This document shows positions 1-8,604 of a stretch of DNA of 24,000 nt, piece after piece (positions within the stretch are counted from its first letter, which is position 1; the number at the start of each line of letters is the position of its first letter). This DNA comes from an uncultured Planctomycetaceae bacterium (lineage in GTDB: Bacteria > Planctomycetota > Planctomycetia > Pirellulales > Pirellulaceae): NCBI GenBank assembly GCA_963698545.1, contig CAVORG010000036.1:78931-102930 (forward strand), read 5' to 3'. The notes beneath the pieces are model-generated. The model made no database searches, was not told the origin of the DNA, and saw only the letters and a list, made by a program, of their open reading frames with translations. The translations under genes and the position numbers were made by a program.

Positions 1-2593
1 GGTTCGACTCGAATCTGGGTCTGTTGCGACAACGGGTTGGCGTTGCGACTGCTGGTGACTTCCGCTCGCACACGATAGTCGCCCGGCGCCAAGGCCGTGA
101 CATTGATGCGGTACGGGAAAGTCCGTAACGACTCGTTGGCGCGCAGCGTGCGGATCGCGTCGAAGTCCACCACGGCGCCTTGCGGGTTGTTTCGCAGAGC
201 CGTAGGACCGCGAGCGCCGTCGAACCGCAAGCCTGGCGGCAGGAACACTCGCAGACGAACATCACTGTCGGGTTGATCGGTCTGATTCGCCAGTTCGACC
301 AAGAGCGTGAAGGACTGTCCGGCTCGCGCCGGATTCGCGTCGGAGACAATCGAGATCTGAATGGGCGCGGCGTTGTTCGCCGGCGGGGCATTGGGCGGCA
401 GGGCGGGCGGAGCGACCGGGGCCGCAGCGCCCCGGCGCCGGCGCGAAACACTTCGGTCGTTACCTGGGACTCCCCTTGAACGCCCTGATCGCAGGTGACG
501 GCGACACGATTGACGGCGACGACGCGATCACGATCCCGTGGGAAATCATTGGGGGCGGGCTCCCGCGCCACGCAACGCACCTGCATCAGCGCGCGTTTGC
601 CGGGCTCGATCCGCTGGATCAACCAACGCACTTCGCCGACCACCACCGTGAAGACTCCGCTGGCTTCTCGCGGCAGGACATAGGGATGGTATCGATCCAC
701 GACGGTGACGTTGGTCAGCGGCGCGGCGCCGGTGTTTTCGACTTCAATGAAGTAATCCTGGGTCTCCCCCAATTCCATCCGCGCGGGTCCGGTCTTTCTG
801 ACGCGAAGGGTCGCGTTGCCGGCGGGTGGAAGCACGGGGGGCGTTGCGGGCGGCGCAACGGCGGCCGCCACGTCCACGCACGCTTGCTGAGCCGCCACCT
901 GCCCGCCAGCAGCGGAGACTTGCACGTCGAAGCATTGGCGCCCGGGCCGCACCGCGATGAACGTCAAGGGCAGGCGGCGCGTTTCACCGGGCGCGAGATC
1001 CTGCAAGCGATCGTTCTCTAGCGGGCTGGTGTAGCCGTCGCGGTGTCGCAGGCCTTCGCCAAAGGTCGCCACCAGCTTCACGCCCGTGAGCGGTTGCTGC
1101 GTCAGGTTGGTCACGAGCAACTCGGCGGGAACGAGTTCGTTGACAACGCCGGTGGCGGGCGTTCGAATGCGCAACTGCAAAGCGGATGTTTCGACGCGAG
1201 TCGTGCTGGCGTCTTCGGCCTTGAGTCCGTCCGCGCTTTCGGCGTCAACCTGCAGCCGAATGTCGCCGCCGCGAACCACTTCCGTGTTCAGGGTGATGCG
1301 CCGCCTGGCTTGACCCTCGAGCGTACCTAGTTCCCAGGTGAGGCGATTGCCCAACAGGCGTCCAGGAGGCGCGCTGCTGACCACGCGAAGATTGGGCGGG
1401 ATGACCGCCGCGACTCGAACGTCGCGAGCGGGTTGGTCGCCGGGGTTGGCGGCCTCGATGTCGAACACAGCCGGCCCGCCGGCCACGGCGGTCTCGGGTC
1501 CTTGGACTCGCAGGCTCAACCCCGCGGCGCTCCAGAGGATGCTGGTCATGCCCTGGCTGATCGGAAAGCGCGGGGAGTTGCCCATCGGCGGCCTGACAAT
1601 CAGCACACGAATCCGAGCGGCGCCGGGGTCCTGGCTGGTCGGCACCACGGTCGCGCTGGCGGCGCCGACGCCGTTGGTCTTGACCTCCACGGTTTGTTGT
1701 CCGTTGCTGAACTGCGAAGGCGGACCGTCCAGGATCTCATAGACAACGATCCAGCCTTCAACCGGCGTGCCATTGCTCGCTCGTCGGATGACGGTGGTGA
1801 ATTCGTGAACCTGTCCGGCGGCGACGGAGGCCGGCGCGGGAAACTCGGGAGTCGCGTCAACCCATTGGACCTCCACGGTCTGGCGGCGATGATCCCAAGC
1901 TTCGGCGTCGGGGGCCAGGGCCGTGACATAGCTGGCGCCTTCGACGGGCGAAGTCAACGACACCCAACCCTCCCCCTTGCGAAGCAGCACGTCGTCGCGG
2001 GCATTGCTGTTGCCGCGAGTTAGGACCTCCCAGTTCCTGGAGGTGTTGGTTTTGGCGTAGTTGCTGCTGAGCTTGATCGAATGATCCTGGATCACGCGGC
2101 CCAGAACATACCGGCCGTCGCCGCCCACATCGACCAGGTTGCCGACGCTGTCTTGCGACAACGTCCATTCCACGGGTTGTTGCGTCAAGAAATAGCCGTC
2201 GGGTCCGCAAAGACCCGTTCGCACGATCACTTCGGAACCCACGGGAGCGACCACCCGTCCGGGAGACACGATCAGCCGTCCGGGATCGCCCAGGCGCATC
2301 AGCGGATTGGCCGCTCGACCCGGGCGTCGGGAGAGCAAGCCGTCGGAGCACGCCTTTCGAGGCGGCGGCGCGACCTGGTCGCCGCACGGCGCCGGTTGGC
2401 CAACCCTGGGGAACAAGGGCTGCAGATCGCGGAGCCGCGCCCGCGGCTGGCCAATGGTCGTGTAGTTGGGGGCGGGCAGGAAGATGCCTTGCCCAGTGGG
2501 GTCAATGGCGGGCAAGCGCAGAATGCCGCAGCCCGGCAGCGCGATCAGCACTGTCAGCAGCGGAAGCATCCAAGTGGCGCGAACTCGCAACAT
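1..2593 (-). CDS. DUF11-like repeat-domain lipoprotein; 3' end lies outside the window; one apparent frame break near 425-445
   Basis: Absent from the ORF track because it runs off the left edge. My minus-strand translation from ATG 2593 gives MLRVRATWMLPLLTVLIALPGCG, a signal peptide plus LPGC lipobox. About 850 aa follow with recurring modules typical of DUF11 'conserved repeat domain' proteins: AGGPAVFDIEAANPGDQPARDVRVAAVIPPNL, LVPAELLVTNLTQQPLTGVKLVATFGEGL, ELGETQDYFIEVENTGAAPLTNVTVVD, ARAGQSFTLLVELANQTDQPDSDVRLRVFLPPGL. The last module is only in frame after a -1 shift near 425-445. Confidence 0.7.
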   Translation of the reverse strand, partial: MLRVRATWMLPLLTVLIALPGCGILRLPAIDPTGQGIFLPAPNYTTIGQPRARLRDLQPLFPRVGQPAPCGDQVAPPPRKACSDGLLSRRPGRAANPLMRLGDPGRLIVSPGRVVAPVGSEVIVRTGLCGPDGYFLTQQPVEWTLSQDSVGNLVDVGGDGRYVLGRVIQDHSIKLSSNYAKTNTSRNWEVLTRGNSNARDDVLLRKGEGWVSLTSPVEGASYVTALAPDAEAWDHRRQTVEVQWVDATPEFPAPASVAAGQVHEFTTVIRRASNGTPVEGWIVVYEILDGPPSQFSNGQQTVEVKTNGVGAASATVVPTSQDPGAARIRVLIVRPPMGNSPRFPISQGMTSILWSAAGLSLRVQGPETAVAGGPAVFDIEAANPGDQPARDVRVAAVIPPNLRVVSSAPPGRLLGNRLTWELGTLEGQARRRITLNTEVVRGGDIRLQVDAESADGLKAEDASTTRVETSALQLRIRTPATGVVNELVPAELLVTNLTQQPLTGVKLVATFGEGLRHRDGYTSPLENDRLQDLAPGETRRLPLTFIAVRPGRQCFDVQVSAAGGQVAAQQACVDVAAAVAPPATPPVLPPAGNATLRVRKTGPARMELGETQDYFIEVENTGAAPLTNVTVVDRYHPYVLPREASGVFTVVVGEVRWLIQRIEPGKRALMQVRCVAREPAPNDFPRDRDRVVAVNRVAVTCDQGVQGESQVTTEVFRAGAGALRPRSLRPPCRPMPRRRTTPRPFRSRLSPTRIRREPDSPSRSWSNWRIRPINPTVMFVCECSCRQACGSTALAVLRLCETTRKAPWWTSTRSARCAPTSRYGLSRTASMSRPWRRATIVCERKSPAVATPTRCRNRPRFESN

Positions 2594-2783
2594 GGCACAC
2601 CGGGCCCGGCCGCGTCCTACGCCTCCGCGAGAATCGACAGCTGTTCTTCACCGCAGCGCCGCCTCCAATGCGGGCCAACACGCACAACGGTAGAGCCGCG
2701 CAATCTTGGCGGCCATGGTAAGACTAGCATGCGTTTTGGCAACTTGTTGCGATTAAGCAACCCGTAATGTTGCGGAAAGGCGA

Positions 2784-2802
2784 CGCCGTCATGAAGACGG
2801 CG
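2784..2802 (-). terminator. Stem-loop overlapping the frame-corrected stop codon of the hydrolase gene
   Basis: cgccgtc-atgaa-gacggcg forms a perfect 7-bp stem. On the minus strand it is followed by TCGCCTTTCC, only a weak U tract. Confidence 0.3.
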
Positions 2803-3558
2803 CGGCCTGTGACGATTCCGCCGGCCCCGCCGCCAACTCGTGGGCGACATAACGCTCCACAAACAACCGATGCGTGCAGCCTTGGTGTCCGCCCAACCAC
2901 ATGGAACGGATCATCTCGGAGGAAAAACGCCGTTGCCGCAGACGGTCGTCATACAGCGATCGCCGACTTTCATCGAGACCCTGGGCGCGCGAAAGCCGAC
3001 AGCGCCCGCCGAAATCGTCCGCCGGCGATCCATCGACCCCAGCAACAGGGTGCCGACTCCGCAGAAGAACAAATCCAGTGGCGAATAGAAGTTGATCAAG
3101 CGGCGACAGCGAGACAGCGTCGGCGCGAGATCAAAGGTGGGCGAGAGGGCGGAGGCCAACAGACACACCGTATCGACCGAAACGTCCTGGGGAAGCATGG
3201 CCACGGCGAACGCGGTGATGCCGGTTCCGCCGGAATGCCCGATCAAATGCACGGGCGCCGATGGATGCTCCTGTCGATACCGCACGATGGATTCCGCCAA
3301 GGCGCCGGCCTGCTCTCGATGCCGTTGGATATCGGAGAGCTGGCCGAGCGTGCTGAACAGTCGTCGGGAAGTCCAGTCCACGACGCACAGGCTATGCGGC
3401 AAGCCGGCGTCGAGCAGGCCATTGACGACATTGCCGTTCAGCGGACTGCGTCCTTCAATGCCTGGCAGGATGTAGATCCGTCCAGCTGGATCTCGTTGGG
3501 GGCAGCAATATCGATCCAGCGGGCCGCACAAAAAGCGCCGGAAGGGCAGACCAAGCAT
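2789..3558 (-). CDS. Alpha/beta-fold hydrolase (GHSGG nucleophile elbow); frame break near 2980-2990; start uncertain
   Basis: ORF 2911..3708 contains HLIGHSGGTGITAFAV, a GxSxG nucleophile elbow. Its first 50 codons overlap frr, so Met51 (ATG 3558) is the more plausible start. After GFRAP the minus-strand frame shifted by one missing base reads QGLDESRRSLYDDRLRQRRFSSEMIRSMWLGGHQGCTHRLFVERYVAHELAAGPAESSQAAPSS and stops at 2789-2791. This restores a C-terminal GGH candidate catalytic His that the ORF-track frame lacks. Confidence 0.65.
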
Positions 3559-3646
3559 GGCGAGCGAGCCTTGCAAACCGCGGCGCCATGCCGAGTTGGA
3601 CCGCCGTGGCTCGACGCCCACCGGCGTCGGGCCGGCGACCGCCGGC

Positions 3647-4210
3647 TCAGACGTCTTCCATGACATCGTGTTCACGGTTCTTGGCCATTTCGTTGACTTC
3701 CGACTCATATTTCTTGGTCAGCTCTTGGATCTCTTCCTTGACCGCGTCGCGCGCATCCTCGCTCAGTTCCTTGCTTTTCTCGGCTTGGTCGGCGGCCTTG
3801 TTGCCGTCGCGTCGCACGTTGCGAATCGAGATTCGAGCTTCTTCGGCCAGGTCCTTGATCCGACTCACCAGATTGCGTCGAACGTCGGCCGAAAGCGGCG
3901 GGATGTTGATGCGGATCAAACGACCATCGTTCTGCGGATTGAACCCTAGGTCGCTGGCGACGATCGCCTTTTCAATGTCCTTGATCGTGCTGGGATCGTA
4001 GGGGCGAATGACCAGCTGCGTCGCCTCGGGGGCGCTGACCGAGGCCAGTTGCTTGAGGGGTTGCAGCGAGCCATAGGCTTCAACGCGCACCGATTCGACA
4101 AGCCCCGGATTGGCGCGCCCCGTGCGAATGCCCGCCAAGCCATTCTTGAGGTGCGACACGGCCTTCTGCATGCGTTCTTCGGAGTCCAGCAGGATATCAT
4201 CCGACGACAT
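3647..4210 (-). CDS. frr: Ribosome recycling factor
   Basis: The 187-aa ORF reads as a full-length RRF (GIRTGRANPGLVESVRVEAYGSLQPLKQLASVSAPEATQLVIRPYDPS...ISIRNVRRDGNK). AAGGAGA lies 6 nt upstream of the ATG. The gene sits last in the conserved rpsB-tsf-pyrH-frr order. Confidence 0.95.
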   Translation of the reverse strand: MSSDDILLDSEERMQKAVSHLKNGLAGIRTGRANPGLVESVRVEAYGSLQPLKQLASVSAPEATQLVIRPYDPSTIKDIEKAIVASDLGFNPQNDGRLIRINIPPLSADVRRNLVSRIKDLAEEARISIRNVRRDGNKAADQAEKSKELSEDARDAVKEEIQELTKKYESEVNEMAKNREHDVMEDV

Positions 4211-4234
4211 GAGTCTTCTCCTTGGGGCAGAGGT

Positions 4235-4999
4235 CTAGGCTTCGTCAGGGACCGGTTTGGCTGAGATCAGCGTACCGACCCGCTCGCCCATCACGGCTTT
4301 GCGAATGTTGCCTTCACGCTTGAAGTTGAACACCAGAATCGGCATTTCATGCTCCATGCAATGGGTGATCGCCGTGGAGTCCATGAACTTCAAGTCGCGT
4401 TGACGAACGTCGTTATAACTCAATTCGCGATACATCACGGCATGCGGATTCTTTTCGGGATCATCGCTGAACACGCCGTCCACGCGAGTCGCCTTCAGCA
4501 CGGCGTCGGCCTCTAGTTCCAGCGCGCGAAGCGCCGCGGCGGTGTCGGTCGTGACGAAGGGTCCGCCGGTGCCCGCCGCCAGGATCACGATGCGGCCCTT
4601 CTGCAGATGGCGTCGAGCTCGGCGACGAATGTACGGTTCGGCGACGCCGTCCATCTTGATGGCGGTCATCAGCCGCGTGTCGCAACCCAGCGACTCCAGA
4701 GCGTCCTGCAACGCCAGACCGTTGATCACGGTTGCCAACATGCCCATGTAATGGGCGGTGGCCTCCTGGATCGCGGCGTTGCTGTACTTGAATTGGGCGC
4801 CGCGCAAGATATTGCCGCCGCCAATCACCACCGCAACCTGGCAGCCAAGCTCTTGGGTCTGCGAGACTTGTCGCGCAATGGCTTCCACCTCCGGCATACT
4901 GATGCCGCGTTCGCCCGCCGTGGAAAAGCTCTCGCCGGACAGCTTCAAGATGATGCGGCAATAGCGAGGTTGCTTGGGCTTATCGGCTTGGTCGGCCAT
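4235..4999 (-). CDS. pyrH: UMP kinase
   Basis: The 254-aa ORF carries UMP-kinase/amino-acid-kinase hallmarks: [63 protein letters not shown] lies upstream of the ATG. The gene lies between tsf and frr. Confidence 0.95.
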   Translation of the reverse strand: MADQADKPKQPRYCRIILKLSGESFSTAGERGISMPEVEAIARQVSQTQELGCQVAVVIGGGNILRGAQFKYSNAAIQEATAHYMGMLATVINGLALQDALESLGCDTRLMTAIKMDGVAEPYIRRRARRHLQKGRIVILAAGTGGPFVTTDTAAALRALELEADAVLKATRVDGVFSDDPEKNPHAVMYRELSYNDVRQRDLKFMDSTAITHCMEHEMPILVFNFKREGNIRKAVMGERVGTLISAKPVPDEA

Positions 5000-5052
5000 G
5001 GAGGTCTCCGTAGGTGGTGCGGCTCAGCGCGGGCGAACACGTCCCAACAGAC

Positions 5053-5086
5053 AAAGCCCGCCGCGCTGGAAGGCGCGGCGGGCTTT
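5053..5086 (-). terminator. Perfect 14-bp GC-rich hairpin between tsf and pyrH (intrinsic terminator or attenuator candidate)
   Basis: aaagcccgccgcgc-tggaag-gcgcggcgggcttt. On the transcribed minus strand the stem ends in TTT and is followed by GTCTGTTGGG. It begins about 20 nt after the tsf stop codon. Confidence 0.55.
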
Positions 5087-5104
5087 GGGTTGGATCCGAT
5101 TGAG

Positions 5105-5930
5105 CTAGGCGCCCAGTTCCCAATGAATGAACTTGACCAGCTTCAGACCGCTTTGGTCGGCGTACTTGCCCACGGTCAGTTTGTCATCCTTCACAAACGG
5201 CTGTTCGGTCAACACCCGCTCGGCGAAGTAGCTTCGCAGGCGGCCTTCGACCATCTTGTCGACGATGCTCTCGGGCTTGCCTTCCTTGAGGGCGGCCTCG
5301 CGCAGGATGGTCCGCTCCTGATCCACTTGGGCGGCGTCCAGATCATCGGTCGTCAAAGCGGCGGGCCGCATGGCGGCGATGTGCATGCAAATGTCGCGAG
5401 CGGCGTCGTCATTGCTTCCCTGCACTTGCAGCAAGACCCCGGAAACCGTGCCGGCGTTGTGCGAATAGCCTCCGCAAACGCCGTCGACGCGAGCGATGCG
5501 GCCGACGTTGAACACCTCGCGAATGCGATTGAACAACTCGTCCTTTTGCTCGCCAAGGGTCATGGTGGGCTTGCTGGGCGACGGTTGTGCGAGCAGCTCT
5601 TCGGCATTGGCGGCGCCAGGGCCGGTCGCGAGCTGTTGAGCCAGATCGTTGGCCAACGCGATGAACTCCTCATTCTGAGTCACCGGAGCGCTCTTCGCAT
5701 TGAAGCTCGACGATGGCGCCAGTGGACTTATCCGACCCGCAATAGATCCCGAAGCGGCCGAAACCGGTTTCGCGATCGGAACGGTCCTTGATCAGTTTGG
5801 CGCCGCGCTCACGCAGCCATTGGATGGCCTTCTCCTGGTCGCCGTCAGCAGCGGTCAGCGCCTTCTTGCAATCCATGAGCGGCAAGCCCGTCTGGGATCG
5901 CAGGGCTTTGACGTCAGCGGCGGAAATCAT
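5105..5930 (-). CDS. tsf: Elongation factor Ts, split into two ORFs by one frame break near 5685-5697
   Basis: ORF 5670..5930 holds the EF-Ts N-terminal UBA-like domain (MISAADVKALRSQTGLPLMDCKKALTAADGDQEKAIQWLRERG...AIVELQCE). ORF 5105..5683 holds the rest (VTQNEEFIALANDLA...GVLLQVQG...ICMHIAAMRPAALT...VEGRLRSYFAERVLTEQPFVKD). The two frames abut at tgcgaagagcgctccggtgact, where a +1 or -2 change gives a continuous protein of about 275 aa. GAGGAG lies upstream of the ATG at 5930. Confidence 0.9.
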
Positions 5931-6106
5931 GATCGTGCTCCTCGGTCGTATTCGGTACGAATGGGCGTGTCTTCGAAACTGTCTACAGGGACGGGATGTT
6001 CAGTTATTGGGTTCACTTGGACCAATGGCAACCGCCTTGAAGCCTCAGGGCCCAAGCCGCCAAACGTCCACCGACCCGCGGTGAAGCAAATGCATGCGGA
6101 CAACCG

Positions 6107-6848
6107 TTAGGCGTTGGCCGGCTGCCCCTCGGGCGCGGCGTCCGCGTCCTTCGCCTGCACCGACGCCTCCTGGCGACCGGCGATCACCGCATCAGCGAGG
6201 ATCTTGGCGACCAACTCGATGGAGCGAATGCCGTCGTCATTGCCGGGAATCGGCAAATCCACCGAATCCGGATCGCAATCGGTATCGATCAAAGCGACCG
6301 TGGCGATGCCCAGCTTGTGCGCCTCGCGGACGGCGTTACGCTCCTTGTTGGGATCGATCACCACCAAGCATTCGGGCAGCCGGTTCATCGACCGCAAACC
6401 GTTCAGGTTGCGGTACATCTTGCGGTATTCGCGGTTCAGGGACGACTGCATCTTTTTGCTGTAAGCCTGCAGCTCCTCGCCGCCCCGGATCTTTTCCAAT
6501 TCCTCCAAGCGGGTCAAGCGACTGCGAACCGTGCGGAAATTGGTCAGGGCGCCGCCGAGCCAGCGCTCGCTGACAAACGGCATATTGCAGCGCGAGGCTT
6601 CGCGTTCGATCGCGGCGCCCGCTTGCCGTTTCGTGCCGACAAACAAAATCAAGCTGCCGCCCGAAGCCACCTGCGCAAGATACTTCTGCGTGCGCGCAAC
6701 AACCCGCGCACGGTCTCGCGAACGTCGATCAAGTGGATCAGGTTCTGCGAGCGTAAATGTAGGGGGCCATTTTCGGGTTCCAGCGACTCGCGCGGTGACC
6801 GAAATGAACTCCCGCCTCAACCAACTGTTCGACGAGCGTTTCCGCCAT
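6107..6848 (-). CDS. rpsB: 30S ribosomal protein S2, interrupted by two frame breaks (about 6741-6746 and 6688-6700)
   Basis: The true N-terminus [35 protein letters not shown] starts at ATG 6848, preceded by AGGAG, and hits TGA after agaacctga. The next frame reads [18 protein letters not shown]. The third frame, which is the ORF-track frame, continues [51 protein letters not shown]...[43 protein letters not shown]. Together these make a normal S2 of about 247 aa. Confidence 0.9.
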
Positions 6849-7067
6849 GTGAGCGAACTCCTAGACCGTCCAGGCGATGCTTGGCCAACGTCGCCGACAA
6901 GGCGAGCGAAAGCGTCAAACACAGGGGCGCCCTTTGCCTGTGGACAGCAAAAGCGTGCATTAGCCATTTCCAGCCCGGACGCACGCGTGACCCAGGACTG
7001 GTCCAAGGAGTCGATGCCCGCTCCTTGCAAACCAAATCGCATAAATTACCAGCGCCGCGGCCGATGG

Positions 7068-7533
7068 TCAATTGTAGTCGGCCCGCTCGTCGTCGCCGGT
7101 CTCCCAACCTGATGGGCGATCCGAGACGAGAACCTCATCGTCCGGCGCCTGGCGGCATCCTCCTGTCGTGGACGCCGCTGCACCGGACGGCCCCCCCGCA
7201 CACTGAGGCAAGTCGGACAATTCGGCGCGTTTTCGCTGCAGCATGGATCGGCATCCGCCGCAGTGCTCCAAATGGCCCGCGACCTGCGACTGCAACGTCG
7301 GGACCCAAGCCGCCTTGGATGTAGCGAGCCAGTCGGGGACGAACATCCGAGCAGGTGTAGTAGTAGGGCCCGACCGGGGAAGCATCCCAAGCGGCAATGC
7401 ACCACGCCGCGATGATCGCGGACGCCAGACCGGCGCCGGCGACAATCCACCGCGGCCACCGCGGACTTGGCCGCCGAGTCCGTTGCGCCAGACGCACCAG
7501 CTCCCCTCGCTGGCAACGTTCCCAACTTGACAT
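7068..7533 (-). CDS. Small membrane protein with a zf-HC2 (anti-sigma-like) zinc-finger motif; frame break near 7285-7300; start uncertain
   Basis: Frame of ORF 7135..7557: MSSWERCQRGELVRLAQRTRRPSPRWPRWIVAGAGLASAIIAAWCIAAW (a TM helix), then YYYTCSDVRPRLARYIQGGLGPDV. Frame of ORF 7068..7445 continues QSQVAGHLEHCGGCRSMLQRKRAELSDL. Joined, they give the C-x(n)-H-x3-C-x2-C pattern of zf-HC2 domains. Confidence 0.4.
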
Positions 7534-7675
7534 GGATGACTTTTTCTTCGAGATCAAGGAACCGGGGACTTTCGCGCCCGCTCCAGAAGATCATGACGAT
7601 AAAAACCGACGGCGTCTGTGAACCTCGTCACAACTGAATCCGACGCTCGGAAATTTCCCGCGACTCTCCAACCGT

Positions 7676-8431
7676 CTAAGGCACCGGCTGCCGGCCGGCC
7701 GCGGCCACTGGGGCTGCCTGCGGCGTGGTCGCCGCCGCAATCGGCGGTTGAATAATCTCCCGCATCGCCCCGATCCTCAGCAGTTGAATTCTCCGCCGAC
7801 CTATCCGCAACAAGCCTTCCGCTTGCATTTCACCCAGCACGACCGTCACCGTCTCTCTCGTGCTGCCAATCACATTGGCCAGATCTTGATGCGACAGGCC
7901 GATGCCCAGGCGAATCCCTTCTTGTTCCGGCTGCCCGTACCGATCCGCGAGTTCCAGCAACAGATGCGTCAGCCGCTCTCGATTAGAGAGAAACAGCACG
8001 TTCTTCAGCCGCGTTTCGATCCTTCGTCGGCGGAGGCCGATCATCTTGGTGACGCCCATCGAGAGGTCCGGGTTGTAACGCATCATCTCCCGCAAAATGG
8101 CCTTGGGCACCATGACGACGGTGGAGGCCTCAATCGCCTCGGCGTATTCCTCGCGGACGCCTTCGTCGTCCAGGAGGGCCAATTCGCCGAACATGTCGCC
8201 CGGGTCGATCAACGCCAGAATCGACTGTTTGCCGTCGGGAGTCAGGTGACAGATCTTGGCTCGTCCGGACGCCAGAATCAGCACCGCGTCCGCTTGATCG
8301 GCCGGAAGGTAAATCGGCGATCGACGGGCGAAGCGGCAGGCGCGGCTTCGATCTTCGATCATTCGCAGCTGGTCGTCCGGCAACCGTTGCAGCAAATCGC
8401 ACTTTTTCAGAAACCATAAGCGCTCTGACAT
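7676..8431 (-). CDS. Crp/Fnr-family transcriptional regulator (cNMP-binding domain plus C-terminal HTH)
   Basis: ORF 7676..8548 is trimmed to Met40 (ATG 8431), which has GGGAGA 5 nt upstream. The cNMP-binding fold is seen in FLKKCDLLQRLPDDQLRMIEDRS...GDMFGELALLD. The Crp-type HTH is seen in LSHQDLANVIGSTRETVTVVLGEMQAEGLL. Confidence 0.85.
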   Translation of the reverse strand: MSERLWFLKKCDLLQRLPDDQLRMIEDRSRACRFARRSPIYLPADQADAVLILASGRAKICHLTPDGKQSILALIDPGDMFGELALLDDEGVREEYAEAIEASTVVMVPKAILREMMRYNPDLSMGVTKMIGLRRRRIETRLKNVLFLSNRERLTHLLLELADRYGQPEQEGIRLGIGLSHQDLANVIGSTRETVTVVLGEMQAEGLLRIGRRRIQLLRIGAMREIIQPPIAAATTPQAAPVAAAGRQPVP

Positions 8432-8549
8432 CAGATTCTCCCTAAATCGAAGCCGAGGGCATTGTTGCTCGAAACGTGCAAAACGTCCAGTGAACACCGA
8501 GCTTTCGCGACCGGTGGCCGCGAGCCCCCGCACCCTGGCCGCGAGCAAT

Positions 8550-8558
8550 TGCTATATT
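8550..8558 (+). promoter_or_regulatory. Extended -10-like element TGCTATATT upstream of the three-gene operon, adjacent to the palindrome GCAATTGC (8545-8552)
   Basis: It matches TGnTATAAT with one mismatch. It lies 47 nt upstream of ATG 8605, in the 173-nt divergent intergenic region shared with the Crp/Fnr gene. There is no convincing -35. Planctomycete promoters are poorly defined, so this is tentative. Confidence 0.25.
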
Positions 8559-8604
8559 GAGGGGGTCGCTCGGCCAGCTTCTTCGGCTCCAGCCCGTGAT
8601 TCCC

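Noticed and set aside
1-20. tRNA T-arm-like string ggttcgactcgaatc at the window start
   Set aside because: It lies inside the DUF11 coding frame, does not match the GGTTCGAATCC consensus, and has no acceptor or anticodon arms. I found no tRNA-like cloverleaf anywhere in the window.
180-2767. Multiple plus-strand ORFs (476..1021, 1433..2023, 2081..2767 and others) and the minus ORF 1857..2387
   Set aside because: All are alternative or antisense frames of the DUF11 lipoprotein gene, which reads continuously on the minus strand from 2593. They are Arg/Gly-rich nonsense.
2767-3663. 298-aa plus-strand ORF
   Set aside because: It is antisense to the alpha/beta hydrolase (GHSGG motif on the minus strand) and is Arg-rich.
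3559-3708. N-terminal 50 codons of ORF 2911..3708
   Set aside because: They would overlap the 3' end of frr by about 60 nt and are Arg/Trp/Pro-rich. The internal Met at 3558 is more plausible, though GTG starts in between cannot be excluded.
4607-5791. 394-aa plus-strand ORF across pyrH and tsf
   Set aside because: It is antisense to two unmistakable conserved genes. Its Ala/Gly/Arg/Leu-rich composition is typical of open antisense frames in high-GC DNA, and it has no recognisable motif.
5670-6750. Programmed ribosomal frameshifting or genuine pseudogenisation of tsf and rpsB
   Set aside because: There is no slippery heptamer or downstream structure at the junctions. The same kind of break occurs in at least 9 other places in unrelated genes, so indel error is the simpler explanation.
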